Source: an uncultured Acidobacteriota bacterium
GTDB lineage: Bacteria; Acidobacteriota; Polarisedimenticolia; J045
Assembly (NCBI GenBank): GCA_963702425.1
Contig: CAVPCQ010000006.1
Coordinates: 96,001-160,000 of the forward strand
Direction: 5' to 3'
Length of the DNA stretch: 64,000 nucleotides
The first letter of the stretch is position 1. Every line of letters starts with the position of its first letter. This document shows, in pieces, positions 19,540 through 30,200 of this stretch. Made by a program: the position numbers and the translations under genes. Below the pieces are notes generated by a model. It had not been told where the DNA came from, did no database searches, and worked only from the letters and a program-made list of their open reading frames with translations.

Positions 19540-19582
19540 CTAAACAGTTATTTCCCTTGGATTTGAGGGGGGCCTGCGCCCC

Positions 19583-22500
19583 CTACGGGCAGGTGCTCCC
19601 CGGGATCCGGGCGGCCCCGCTCGAGGATCGCCCCAGCGACCCGGCGCCACCCGGGAAGTCACCCGAGGCAAGGTACCCGAAGGCGCTCCCGGCGGGCGGG
19701 TTCTCGGCCACCGGCGTGTACAGCGTGCGGACGTTGTTGTGGTAGCACTCGCCGGCGTTTGGCGGCGGGCCGGGCCCGGTCAGCGTGCTGCGGTAGACCT
19801 GGTAGGAGAGAGCGTTCTTCTCGACCTCCCAGAGTACCCAGTCCCACGGCGCACCCTGCGTCCCGCGGGGGCGCATCACCAGCCGCTCGTTCAGCCGGTC
19901 GTCGCCGTCGCAGACGTTGCCGGTGGTGTCGCCATCGTCGTCCGCCTGGCTGCGGTTGGGGGCCAGCGTGCAGTTGTCGTCGCAGTTCTGGGTCTGCCCC
20001 GGCAGGCAGGGCTTGTCGCCGATGCGGCCGCTGTTGTCGCCGTCGTTCCTGATCCCGTCGTTGTCGGCGTCCGGGTCGGAGTTGTTGGGCGTCCCGTCGC
20101 CGTCCTCGTCGGGGTCGCAGCGTCCCTGCTTCCCGTCGCCGTCGATGTCGGGTTCCCCGAGATTGGCCGTGGTCGGGCAGGTGTCGCAGACGTCGCCGAT
20201 CCCGTCGGCGTCGGTGTCCTTGTTCGTCGGGTCGGCGACGAAGGGGCAGCGGTCGAGCTGGCCGCAGAGCCCGTCGCCATCCCGGTCGTTGAATGCGTCC
20301 TGCGCGCAGGTGTCGCAGCTGTCGCCCTTGCCGTCGAAGTCGGCGTCGACCTGCGAGGGGTTGGCCGCGCTCGGGCAGTTGTCGGCGCAGTTCCGGATTC
20401 CGTCCGCGTCGGTGTCCTGCTCGGTCGACGGCACGGTCGGCCATGCGGGGTCGCTGCAGTCGTTGTTCTTGCCGTCGCAGAGCTGCGGCGCGCCGGGGAA
20501 GACCGAGGGATCGGCGTCGTTGCAGTCGCCCCCGGGCTGGCAGGTGGCACTCCTCACGCCGTCGCCGTCGGCGTCCGGGCACGCTGCGCACTCAGGATCA
20601 GCGGCGTCGGTCAGCGTGTCGCAGTCGTCGTCCAGCCCGTTGTTGCACACCTCCGGCACGCCCGGCCGGATGTTCGAGTTGGCGTCATTGCAGTCCCCTT
20701 GGCACTCGGCGAGGCCGTCGATGTCGTTGTCGACCTCGTTCGGCGGGACGGTCGGCCAGGCGGGGTCGCTGCAGTTGTTGTTCTTGCCGTCGCAGAGCTG
20801 CGGCGCGCCGGGGTAGATCGAACCGTCGGCGTCGTTGCAGTCGCCCCGGCACTCGGAGGTGCCGTCGGCGTCGTTGTCGACCTCGTTCGGCGGGACGGTC
20901 GGCCAGGCGGGGTCGCTGCAGTTGTTGTTCTTGCCGTCGCAGAGCTGCGGCGCGCCGGGGTAGATCGAGCCGTCGGCGTCGTTGCAGTCGCCCCGGCACT
21001 CGGACGTGCCGTCGGCGTCGTTGTCGACCTCGTTCGGCGGGACGGTCGGCCAGGCGGGGTCGCTGCAGTTGTTGTTCTTGCCGTCGCAGAGCTGCGGCGC
21101 GCCGGGGTAGATCGAGCCGTCGGCGTCGTTGCAGTCGCCCCGGCACTCGGACGTGCCGTCGGCGTCGTTGTCGACCTCGTTCGGCGGGACGGTCGGCCAG
21201 GCGGGGTCGCTGCAGTTGTTGTTCTTGCCGTCGCAGAGCTGCGGGGCGCCGGGGTAGATCGAGCCGTCGGCGTCGTTGCAGTCGCCGCGGCACTCGGACG
21301 TGCCATCGGCGTCGTTGTCGACCTCGTTCGGCGGGACGGTCGGCCAGGCGGGGTCGCTGCAGTTGTTGTTCTTGCCGTCGCAGAGCTGCGGCGCGCCGGG
21401 ATAGATCGAGCCGTCCGCGTCGTTGCAGTCGCCGCCCGGCTGGCAGCTCGCGCTCTTCACTCCATCGCCGTCGGCATCGGGGCAGGTGGGGACGCACTCC
21501 GGATCGGCCGCGTCGGTCAGCGTGTCGCAGTCGTCGTCCAGCCCGTTGTTGCAGACCTCCGGCCTGCCCGGCCGCACGTTCGGATTGGCGTCGTTGCAGT
21601 CCCCCTGGCACTCGGCGAGGCCATCGATGTCGTTGTCGACCTCGTTCGGCGGGACGGTCGGCCAGGCGGGGTCGCTGCAGTCGTTGTTCCTGCCGTCGCA
21701 GAGCTGCGGCGCGCCGGGGTAGATCGAGCCGTCGGCGTCGTTGCAGTCGCCCCGGCACTCGGAAGTGCCGTCGGCGTCGTTGTCGACCTCGTTCGGCGGG
21801 ACGGTCGGCCAGGCGGGGTCGCTGCAGTCGTTGTTCCTGCCGTCGCAGAGCTGTGGCGCCCCGGGGTAGATCGAGCCGTCGGCATCGTTGCAGTCGGCGC
21901 AGGCAGGGTAGGTGTCGCCGTCTCCATCGGTCTGCGTGCCCGGAAGGTAACGGCTGCCGCTTGCCAGTGTGCTGCCACCGAGGCCGCCCCACGCGATCAT
22001 CGCGCTGCCGGTCCATGCCGCGGCGTGGAGGTGGCGCGCGGCCGGCGCCTCGACGAGCGTCGTGGGGGACCAGATATCACCCGCGAGCCCGTAGCGGCCG
22101 CCGCTTCTCAGGCTCCCGCTCCCGAGCCCGCCCCAGACGATCATCTCGCCGCCCGCGAGCACCGCGGTGTGGTAGTAGCGCGGGGCGGGGGCGCCGACGG
22201 TTGGAAGAGCGGTCCAGCTGTCGTCCGCGGGACGGTAGCGGCTGCCGTCGCCCAGCTGCCCGGCGCCGTAGCCGCCCCAGACGATCATCTCGGTCCCGGT
22301 CCAGACCGCGGTGTGGTGGTAGCGCGGCGGCGGGGCGCCGCCGTTCCGCATCGAGCTCCAGCGGTCGGCGACCGGATCGTAGCGCCGGCCGTCGCCGAGG
22401 ATCTCGGCTGCCTCGCCGCCCCAGACGATCATCTCGCTGCCGGTCCAGACCGCGGTGTGCCAGCGCCGGAACGAGGGCGCGGTGCTGGTGTTCGTCGGCA

Positions 22501-24915
22501 GCCAATTGTCGGCGACGGGGTCGTAGCGGCCCCCGGTGTCGGTCGGGATCCCGGTCTCCTTGCCGCCCCACACGATCATCCGGCTGCCGGTCCAGACGGC
22601 GGAGTGGCCCCAGCGCGGGGTCGGCACGCCGTTCGACGACGTCGGAGCCCAGGAGTCTCCCGGCCGGGTCGTAGCGCGCACCGCTGTTGAGCCGCGTGTC
22701 CTCGGCCTGGCGCCCGCCCCAGACGATGAGGCGCGAGCCGGTCCAGGACGCGGTGTGATCCTTCCGCGGGACCGGAGCGGAAAGGGCGCTCATCGAACGC
22801 CACGTGTCGGTGGCGGGCTCGTAGCGTGCGCCGTCGCCCAGGTCCACTTCGTCGGAGCCGCCCCAGACGACGAACTCGGCGCCGGTCCACGTTCCGGTGT
22901 GACGTGAGCGCCGGAGCGGTGCCGACCCCTGCGAGGTGGGCTGCCAGGAGACCGTCTGCGGGTTGTAGCGGCCTCCGCTGTGCTCGTAGCGCGTCGCGCT
23001 GCGACCGCCCCACACGATCATCCCGCCACCGCCGAAGACCGCTGCGTGAAAGCGACGCGCGGCCGGGGCGCCGGTCGCGGGCAGATCGGCCCAGGTGTCC
23101 GTGAGCGGGTCGTACGCCGCGCCCGTCGCGAGCAACTCGCCCGCGCTCGACGACTCACCGCCCCAGACCAGGACACGTGAGCCGGTCCAGACCGCCGTAT
23201 GAAAGCGGCGGCCGGCCGGCGGATTGGCTTCGTTGGTCGGCAGCCATGCGTCGGCCACGGGATCGTAGCGTCCGCCCGAAGCGAAGTAGGTGGTCGCATT
23301 GGCACCGCCCCAGACCACCAGCGCGGCGCCGGTCCAGGTTGCCGTGTGCTGCCGCCGCGGCGCGGGTGCGTTGAGTCCGGAGAGCGGACGCCACGCGCCT
23401 GTCGCCGGGTTGAACGCGGCGCCGTCACCGAGGTAGGTGCCGAGGTCGAAGCCACCCCAGACCAGCAGCTCGGTCCCGCTCCAGGCGCCGGCGAAGTCCT
23501 TGCGCGGGGCGGGGGCCCCCGAGGCCGTCATCGCGGACCAGGTCCCGCCCGCCGGGTTGTAGCGCGCCCCGTCGTTGAGGTTGCTGAAGCCGGGACCTTC
23601 GCCGCCCCAGACCAGCATCTCGGTGCCGGTCCAGACCGCGACGTGGCGCGAACGCGCGGCGGGCGCGCCCGCGATCGGGATCGCGCTCCAGCTGTCCGAG
23701 GCCGGGTCGTAGGTCGCGCCGGTATCGAGCGGGTCGCCCGCGATGCCGCCCCAGACCAGCATCCGCGAGCCGGTCCAGACCGCGGTGTGCCACGAGCGGG
23801 GCGTCGGGGCGCCGGCCTGAGGCAAGGTGCGCCAGCTGTCCGTGGCTGGATCGTAGCGGCCGCCGGTGCCGAGCGGCTCACCCGCGCGCCCACCCCAGAC
23901 GATCATCTCGGCCCCGGTCCAGACCGCGGTCGGCCCCTCGCGCGGATCGGGGAGATCGTCGAGGCTTCCGCCGCTCCAGGACTCGTCGCATCCTCCCGGG
24001 CCATCGGGACCGAGCGGCGCGGGGAGGGGAAGGTCGGCCAGCATCTCCCGCGTCAGGAGCGGGCGCGACGGGGACGGCGTCGTAGGCCGCCGCCGCACCG
24101 GACCACCAATCCGGGAAAGTGACCGCAGGAGCCGCGTAGCGCGCGACCTCGACCGCGCCGCACTCCCGTTGCGCGAGCCGGACCTCGAACAGCACGGCGC
24201 TCGGGGTCGGCACGACCGGGCCGGGCCGGCCGTCCTCGGCCCAACGGCCACGCAGTTCCTCCCAGCGAGCCGGGTCGTCGACGAATTGCGCGTCGTCACG
24301 CCCCAGGAGCGTCGCCGGGCACGACGACGTCGACGACGGAGGGAGGTAGAGGACCGACTCACGCCGTGGGTGCGGGGCGCGGGGATCGAGGGTCCCCGCG
24401 TCGAGCGCGGCCCGCAGCCCTTCGATCTCCGCGCGCGCAGCGCTCGAGGCGGGCTCTCCCGCTTCCCAGAGGGCCCGCAGGCGGCGCTCGACGAGCGCGG
24501 GGCGCGCGAGCGTCTCGACCAGCGCCAGCCGATCGAAGTCGAGCGCCGCGGCGAGGGCCGCGAGCCGCGCCGGGTCGCGCGAGCGCTCGACCATGCGGGA
24601 CCACTCGCGAGCGATCGCCTGAGGCTCGAGCGGCGCGCCGGTAATCCCGACCAGCGCCTGCTCCATCCGGCGCTCGTCGGCGACGCGGCGGGTGATCTCG
24701 TCGACGGTGGGGGGGGCCGCGGCCGGGCCACGCCAGGTCGAGCGGGCGGTCTCGACGCGGTGCAGCCAGTCCGGCCGCGGGTCGGGGTCGGAGGCGGGGG
24801 CCGCAACGACGACCCCGATCGCGGCGAGGAGCGATGCCACGCCAAGCGCAGCCCGCGCGGCAGCGCGGCCCACCCTCGCCCGGCCTCGCCCGGGGAACAA
24901 CGCCATCTCGCTCAT
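19583..24915 (-). CDS. Giant secreted protein (~1770 aa): N-terminal helical domain, 14 Kelch-like repeats, Cys/Asp (MopE-like) repeats, thrombospondin type 3-like repeats, C-terminal Cys-Pro domain (apparent frameshifts near 24045 and 22665)
   Basis: Joined from three ORF-track frames: signal peptide at 24915; 14 x (H)TAVWTGxxMIVWGG...G.RYDP; DCNDA..IYPGA.QLCDG.NN.C repeats; DxDxDG...DNCP repeats. Confidence 0.8.
20696..21430 (-). repeat. Five near-identical 147-bp (49-aa) in-frame tandem repeats, core of a larger repeat array at about 20400-21900
   Basis: GCACTCGG recurs at 20702, 20849, 20996, 21143 and 21290; unit DCNDADGSIYPGAPQLCDGKNNNCSDPAWPTVPPNEVDNDADGTSECRG. Confidence 0.95.
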
Positions 24916-25034
24916 GCCCTCGCCCGCAGCCGCCCGCAGCGCCGTCGGCGGGCGCCGGGGCCGCTCAGGCCCTGAGTCCGTCCCCCGGCCTCGCCTGAAG
25001 CTACCGTCAAAGCCGGGAAGAGCAACCGGGCAGA

Positions 25035-25064
25035 TTGACCCGCCCCCCGGCGCGCCCCTAACCT
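25035..25064 (+). promoter_or_regulatory. Putative sigma70 promoter of surE-pcm
   Basis: TTGACC-N18-TAACCT, 34 nt upstream of the GTG start. Confidence 0.5.
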
Positions 25065-25098
25065 CGGTCCCCCCGGCGGCGCCGGGCGGAGGCGGGCG

Positions 25099-25866
25099 GT
25101 GACAGCGGGAGAACGGCCACGGATCCTCGTGACCAACGATGACGGCGTGCGCGCCGCGGGACTTGCGGCCCTGGCGGCGGCGCTGACCACGGTCGGCGAG
25201 GTCGTGGTGGTGGCGCCGGAGACCGAGCAGTCGGGGGTCGCGCACGCCTTGACACTGCGCGGTCCGCTGCTGGTGCGCGATGAGCGGCCGGGGTGGTACG
25301 CGGTCGAGGGGACTCCTACCGACTGCGTGAACCTCGCTTTTCTGCACCTGCTCGGCGCTCCACCCGACCTGGTCCTCTCGGGGATCAACAACGGCTACAA
25401 CCTGGCGGACGACGTCCTCTACTCCGGGACCGTCGCCGCGGCGCTCGAGGGGCGCACCCTGGGCGCGCCCAGCCTCGCGGTATCGGTCGACTTCGGTGCA
25501 CCCGCGGCGGTCCGCGCGCGTGCCGCCGAGGTCGCAGCACGCATCGCGCGGATGGTGCTCGACCGCGGCCTGCCGGCCGACGCCGTGCTCAACGTGAACG
25601 TGCCGCCCGACCCGCGCGGGGTGCGCATCACGCGCCAGGGACGGCGCTCGCTGCGCGACGGCCTGCTCGTGCGCCGCCACGGCGCGGCGAACGGGTTCGA
25701 GTGGGTCGGGCTCCCGCCGACGGAGTGGCTGCCCGATCCGCTGGCCGACCACCAGGCGATCGCCGACGGCCTGGTCTCGATCACGCCGCTGCACTCCGAC
25801 CTGACGTTCCACCGCGCGATCCCCGGTCTCGAGGCCTGGGAGTTCGGGACGGCGCTCACACCATGA
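25099..25866 (+). CDS. surE: 5'/3'-nucleotidase SurE
   Basis: ILVTNDDG, VVAP..EQSG, GTPTDCV, LSGINNG.N, YSGTVAAA.EG, SITPL. Confidence 0.96.
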   Translation: MTAGERPRILVTNDDGVRAAGLAALAAALTTVGEVVVVAPETEQSGVAHALTLRGPLLVRDERPGWYAVEGTPTDCVNLAFLHLLGAPPDLVLSGINNGYNLADDVLYSGTVAAALEGRTLGAPSLAVSVDFGAPAAVRARAAEVAARIARMVLDRGLPADAVLNVNVPPDPRGVRITRQGRRSLRDGLLVRRHGAANGFEWVGLPPTEWLPDPLADHQAIADGLVSITPLHSDLTFHRAIPGLEAWEFGTALTP

Positions 25867-26537
25867 CGGGCCGCCCGTCGACCGCCGCGGTACGCCGCGC
25901 GCGGATGGTCGATCGGCTGCGGGCGCAGGGGATCGCCGACCGCCGGGTGCTCGAGGCGATGGCCGCGGTGCCGCGCGAAGCGTTCGTCCCCGACGCGCTC
26001 CGCGGCCGGGCCTACGAAGACGAGCGGCTGCCGATCGGCGAGGGGCAGACGATGAGTCAGCCCTGGACGGTCGCCCGGATGTGCGAGCTGCTCGGGGCCG
26101 TCCCGGGGGCCAGGGTGCTCGAGATCGGCTCCGGCAGCGGCTATCACGCCGCGGTCCTGGCGGCGATGGGGTTGATCGTCTTCTCGGTCGAGCGCCACGC
26201 GACGCTGGCCCGGGAGGCGGCGCAGCGGCTCCAGTCGCTGGGCTACCTGTCGGCGACCGTGAAGCACTTCGACGGAAGCTACGGCTGGGCGGCGCAGGCG
26301 CCGTACGCAGGCATCCTCGTCACCGCCGCCGCCCCCGGGATCCCCTCGGCGCTGATGGGCCAGCTGGCGCCCGGCGGGCGGCTCGTGCTGCCCCTCGCGC
26401 GCGAGCCCGAGGGGCGCGAGCAGCGCCTCGTCGTCGTCACTCTCGACGCCGGGCGGCTGGTCGAGCAGGACCACGGTGAGGCCTCGTTCGTGCCGCTGAT
26501 CGGTCGTTTCGGCTATCCGCGACGCTCCGGGCTTTGA
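25863..26537 (+). CDS. pcm: Protein-L-isoaspartate O-methyltransferase
   Basis: VPREAFV, LPIGEGQTMSQP, VLEIGSGSGY, ILVTAA, FVPLIG; follows surE. Confidence 0.95.
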   Translation: MTGRPSTAAVRRARMVDRLRAQGIADRRVLEAMAAVPREAFVPDALRGRAYEDERLPIGEGQTMSQPWTVARMCELLGAVPGARVLEIGSGSGYHAAVLAAMGLIVFSVERHATLAREAAQRLQSLGYLSATVKHFDGSYGWAAQAPYAGILVTAAAPGIPSALMGQLAPGGRLVLPLAREPEGREQRLVVVTLDAGRLVEQDHGEASFVPLIGRFGYPRRSGL

Positions 26538-26562
26538 CACCGCGCCCCTGATCGGCTAGTTT
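26534..26562 (+). promoter_or_regulatory. Putative sigma70 promoter of tRNA-Pro(CGG)
   Basis: TTGACA-N17-TAGTTT immediately upstream of the tRNA. Confidence 0.65.
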
Positions 26563-26579
26563 CCTGCGGCTCAATCGGT

Positions 26580-26656
26580 CGGGGTGTAGCGCAGCCTGGT
26601 AGCGCACCTGCTTCGGGAGCAGGGGGTCCCGAGTTCAAATCTCGGCACCCCGACCA
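26580..26656 (+). tRNA. tRNA-Pro (CGG)
   Basis: CGGGGTGTAGCGCAGCCTGGTAGCGC; anticodon arm CCTGC-TTCGGGA-GCAGG; GTTCAAATC T-loop; encoded CCA; 77 nt. Confidence 0.97.
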
Positions 26657-26716
26657 GTTCATATCTCCTCCTCACACCTCACCCGCCCGCCGCCGCGTCT
26701 TCTTGCCCGGCCGCGA

Positions 26717-27010
26717 GTGTTCGGCAACACCCCTCTGGTGCGCGCGCCGCGGTTGTCGGCGGAGCGAGGCGCGGTTGCCGAGCTCGTGCTCGAGCCCGAG
26801 TTCTTCAATCCGACGGCGAGCGTGAAGGATCGCATCGGGGTGAGCCTGGTCTTCGCTCTCGAAGCCGAGGGGAAGATCGGGCCGGGCTCGATGCTGATCG
26901 ACGAGATCGTGACCGTAACGAACGAGGATGCCGTTCAGACGGCGGGGAAGCGGGCGATGGTTCCCTCCTTCGCCGAGCGCCACCTCTCGACGCTCCGGTT
27001 CGAAGGACCG
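26717..27010 (+). pseudogene. cysK: Internally deleted cysteine synthase A remnant
   Basis: About 97 codons joining CysK pieces: GNTPLVR...EFFNPTASVKDRIG (PLP Lys motif), IDEIVTVTNEDAVQTA (mid-late region) and PSFAERHLSTLRFEG (C-terminus); roughly two thirds of the protein is missing. Confidence 0.8.
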
Positions 27011-27250
27011 TCGGCCCTTCCCGGGCCGGCTCCCGCGGGAGGTCGGACGCCCCGGGACCAGGGCGGCAGGGGCATTCCGGTCGGGCGGCACCGTCGTACC
27101 GCGATTCACCGTATGTTTTCGCAAAGCGTGCCGCGGGGCCGCGCCGGGATCGAACTTCCGTCGCCACCGCCCGGGTGCTACGCTCGCCGCTCTGCCGGAC
27201 GCGGTCTGGGGATCCCGTCCGCCCCGCGGTTGCCGACGATCGGAGGCCCC

Positions 27251-30200
27251 GTGATCGCTTGGATTCGCTTGTCGCGTGGCGTGCCATTGGCGGGCCTGGC
27301 CCTGGCGCTTACCGCTTGGGCGAGCCCGGCCGCGGCGCAGTGTGGAACACGTTGGATCGCCAAGAGCGGGAGCGACGCGGGGAACGACTGCCTGTCGTTC
27401 GCCTCGCCCTGCCTTACCATTAATCGGGGCATCTCCATCGCGTGTGCCAACGATGCGGTCGAAGTCGGCGAGGGGACCTGGGCCGAGGACGTCCTGATCG
27501 ACCGGGCCGTCTACGTGAACAGCTCCGGAAACAACGCGAACACCATCCTCCGCGGCACCGGCGCGACCGACAACGTCCGCATCTTCGCCGCAGGCGCACA
27601 GCTCAACGGCTTCGCGGTGAGCGGTCCGAACGCGGGACACGCTTGCGTGCGCGATCGGCGACGCGGCACACCCCGGCCTGCGGACGATCCAGCTCACCAA
27701 CCTCACCGTGTCCGGCTGCACCACGGGCGTGATCGTCGATTCGATCGGGGCGACGGGCGACTGGGTCCGCATCAACGGAAACGCGATCACGAACAACGTC
27801 GCCGACGGTTCTCCGAACGGAGGGGTCGGGGTGCTGATGACCGGCGGAGTCGGCCGGATCGAGATCCGGCAGGACACGCTGACCGGCAACGGCGGCCCGG
27901 CCGTCAAGCTGCTGGCCGGCGCCAACGGGACCCTCGAACTGGCCGGCAACACGGTCAGCAACAACGGACTCGCCCTCCTGGCGAGCGGCCACGCCGCGTT
28001 CGAGCTCCACGGGGCGACCGACCTCCGGATCGAGGGCAATCTCTTCACCGGACAGACGGGTCTCGCCGCAGTCGACGACGGCCGCGGCGTGTGGATCGAC
28101 GGTGCCAACGGTGTCGAGTTCTTCTGCAACGAGATGCACCACAACGACGGCGGACTCTCGGTGACCGGCACGGTGACCGGACTCGCCGCGCTGCAAAACC
28201 GCTTCTTCAGCCAGACCGGGCGGGCCGTCGAGATCGGCCCCGGCAGCGCGTCCGGCGTGAAGCTCAACGAGACGATGATCTACTCGAACGGCAGCGGCGT
28301 CGTGAACCAGGACGCCGTTCCGGTCGACGCGAAGCACAACTGGTGGGGCTCCGCGAGCGGCCCGACCGGCGCGGGCGGGTCGGGCGACACGGTCGTCGGC
28401 CCGGCCGACGTCGGCAACTTCATCCCGCGCACGCTGCAGCCGGTGCTCGCGCGGGCGCCCAAGACCTCAGGCTGGTCGCGGGCCACGGGGGCCTGCTACG
28501 ACACGCTGCAAGGCGCGCTGAATGCCGCCCCGACCGGCAGCCTGGTCCTGATCGGCGCCGGCGAGATCCGGGGCCACGCCACGATGTCGCGCGCGATCGA
28601 CCTCGAGGGTGTCCCGGGCGAGATTCCGCTTCCGTACTGCGACCGCTGCTATCCGTCGATCGTGGACGGCACCCAGCTTTCGGGCCCGCGCACACCGGCC
28701 CTGACGATCACCGGCGTCAGCGGCATCACCGTGAAGTACCTCACCTTCCACGGCGCCGGCCTCGGCACCCCGGCCTGCTTCGGCGGCCACCAGGACGGCG
28801 AGGTCGGACTCGATCTCGTCGACGTCCGGGACTCGCTCTTCCAGTCGATCGACCTGCGCGAGAACGGAACGACCGATGTCCGCGTGCGCGGCGACTCGGA
28901 CGGCAATACGTTCGACGACTTCTACATCGACGGGATGATCCGCGACGGTGACAACGAGGACCGCTGCGGCCACCGCTCGCGCGAGGGGTTCCTCTTCGAC
29001 GGCGGCGCCCGCGTGTGCGAGGGGGGCGCGGGGGCGACCGTCGACCACAACCGCATCGTCAACTCGCAGACGTACCACATCACGCGCTCGATCAAGATCC
29101 GCTACGGCAACTTCACCGAGATCGCGCACAGCCGGATCCACGGCGTGCCGAGCGACGAGTGGCCCGAGCCGGACGCCCAGAACGTCTGGATCGAGGCTTC
29201 GAACGACACCTGGATCCACGACAACCCGGAGATCGGGAACCGCGGTGTCAGCAAGGCGATCGCGATCATGGGCAGCCGCTCATGCGAAGCGGCCGACAGC
29301 GCTCGGACCCGCATCGAGGACACGACGCTCGACCTGATCGACAACTCCGGGACCGGCATCCATCTGATGCACGCGGTGGGCGACAACGGCGCGCCGGTCG
29401 ACACCGCGGTGTCCTGTTCGACGATCCGGGGGGCCTGGAAGGGCGTGCTCGCCGACTGGGTCGGCGGCGCGCAGATCACACTGACCGACATCGTCTCAGA
29501 CACGTTGGGCGTCATCAACAACACCGCCGACACGCTCTCCGCGACGCGGAACTGGTGGGGTTCGCCCAGTGGCCCGTCGGGCGCCGGACCGGGAACCGGT
29601 ACGAGCGTCTCGACCGGCGTCGACTACTCGAACTTCCTCGCCTCGCCGTCTCACGACGACACCGACCAGGACGGCGCGACGGAGTGCCAGGGAGACAGCG
29701 ACGACGCGAATCCGCTGGTCCACCCATTCGACGGCTGCGACGGGTTCGACAACGATCTCGACGGCACGACCGACGAGGACTTCCAGCCCGCGGTGACGCA
29801 GTGCGGGCTCGGTGTCTGCGCCGCCTCGGGCGCCAGCTCGTGCGTGGCGGGCCAGATCCTCGACGGCTGCCAGCCGCTGCCGCCCCAGTCCCCGACCGAC
29901 GCGACTTGCGACGCGGTCGACGAGGATTGCGACGGAGCGGTCGACGAAGACTACCCCGCGACACCGACGTCCTGCGGAGTGGGCGTCTGCGCGCGAACGG
30001 GCGCGATCTCCTGCGTCGACGGCACCGTCCAGGACACCTGCGCACCAGGCAACCCGATCTCTCCGACGGATGCGACCTGCAACGGGCTCGACGACAACTG
30101 CGACGGCCAGGTCGACGAAGGGTTCGTCGCCGGGCCGTCGAGCTGCGGACTCGGCGCTTGTCTCTCGTCGGGCGTCACCTCGTGCACCGGCGGCGTGCCG

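Noticed and set aside
20696-21430. Repeat array as a CRISPR or a DGR template/variable pair
   Set aside because: The 147-bp units are contiguous, in frame and lack unique spacers; there is no cas or reverse [13 protein letters not shown] gene in the window.
26512-26675. Strong SD plus ATG (GAGGAGGAGATATG) on the minus strand reading antisense through tRNA-Pro(CGG)
   Set aside because: The short ORF overlaps the tRNA and the pcm end; it is more simply the complement of a pyrimidine-rich tRNA trailer.
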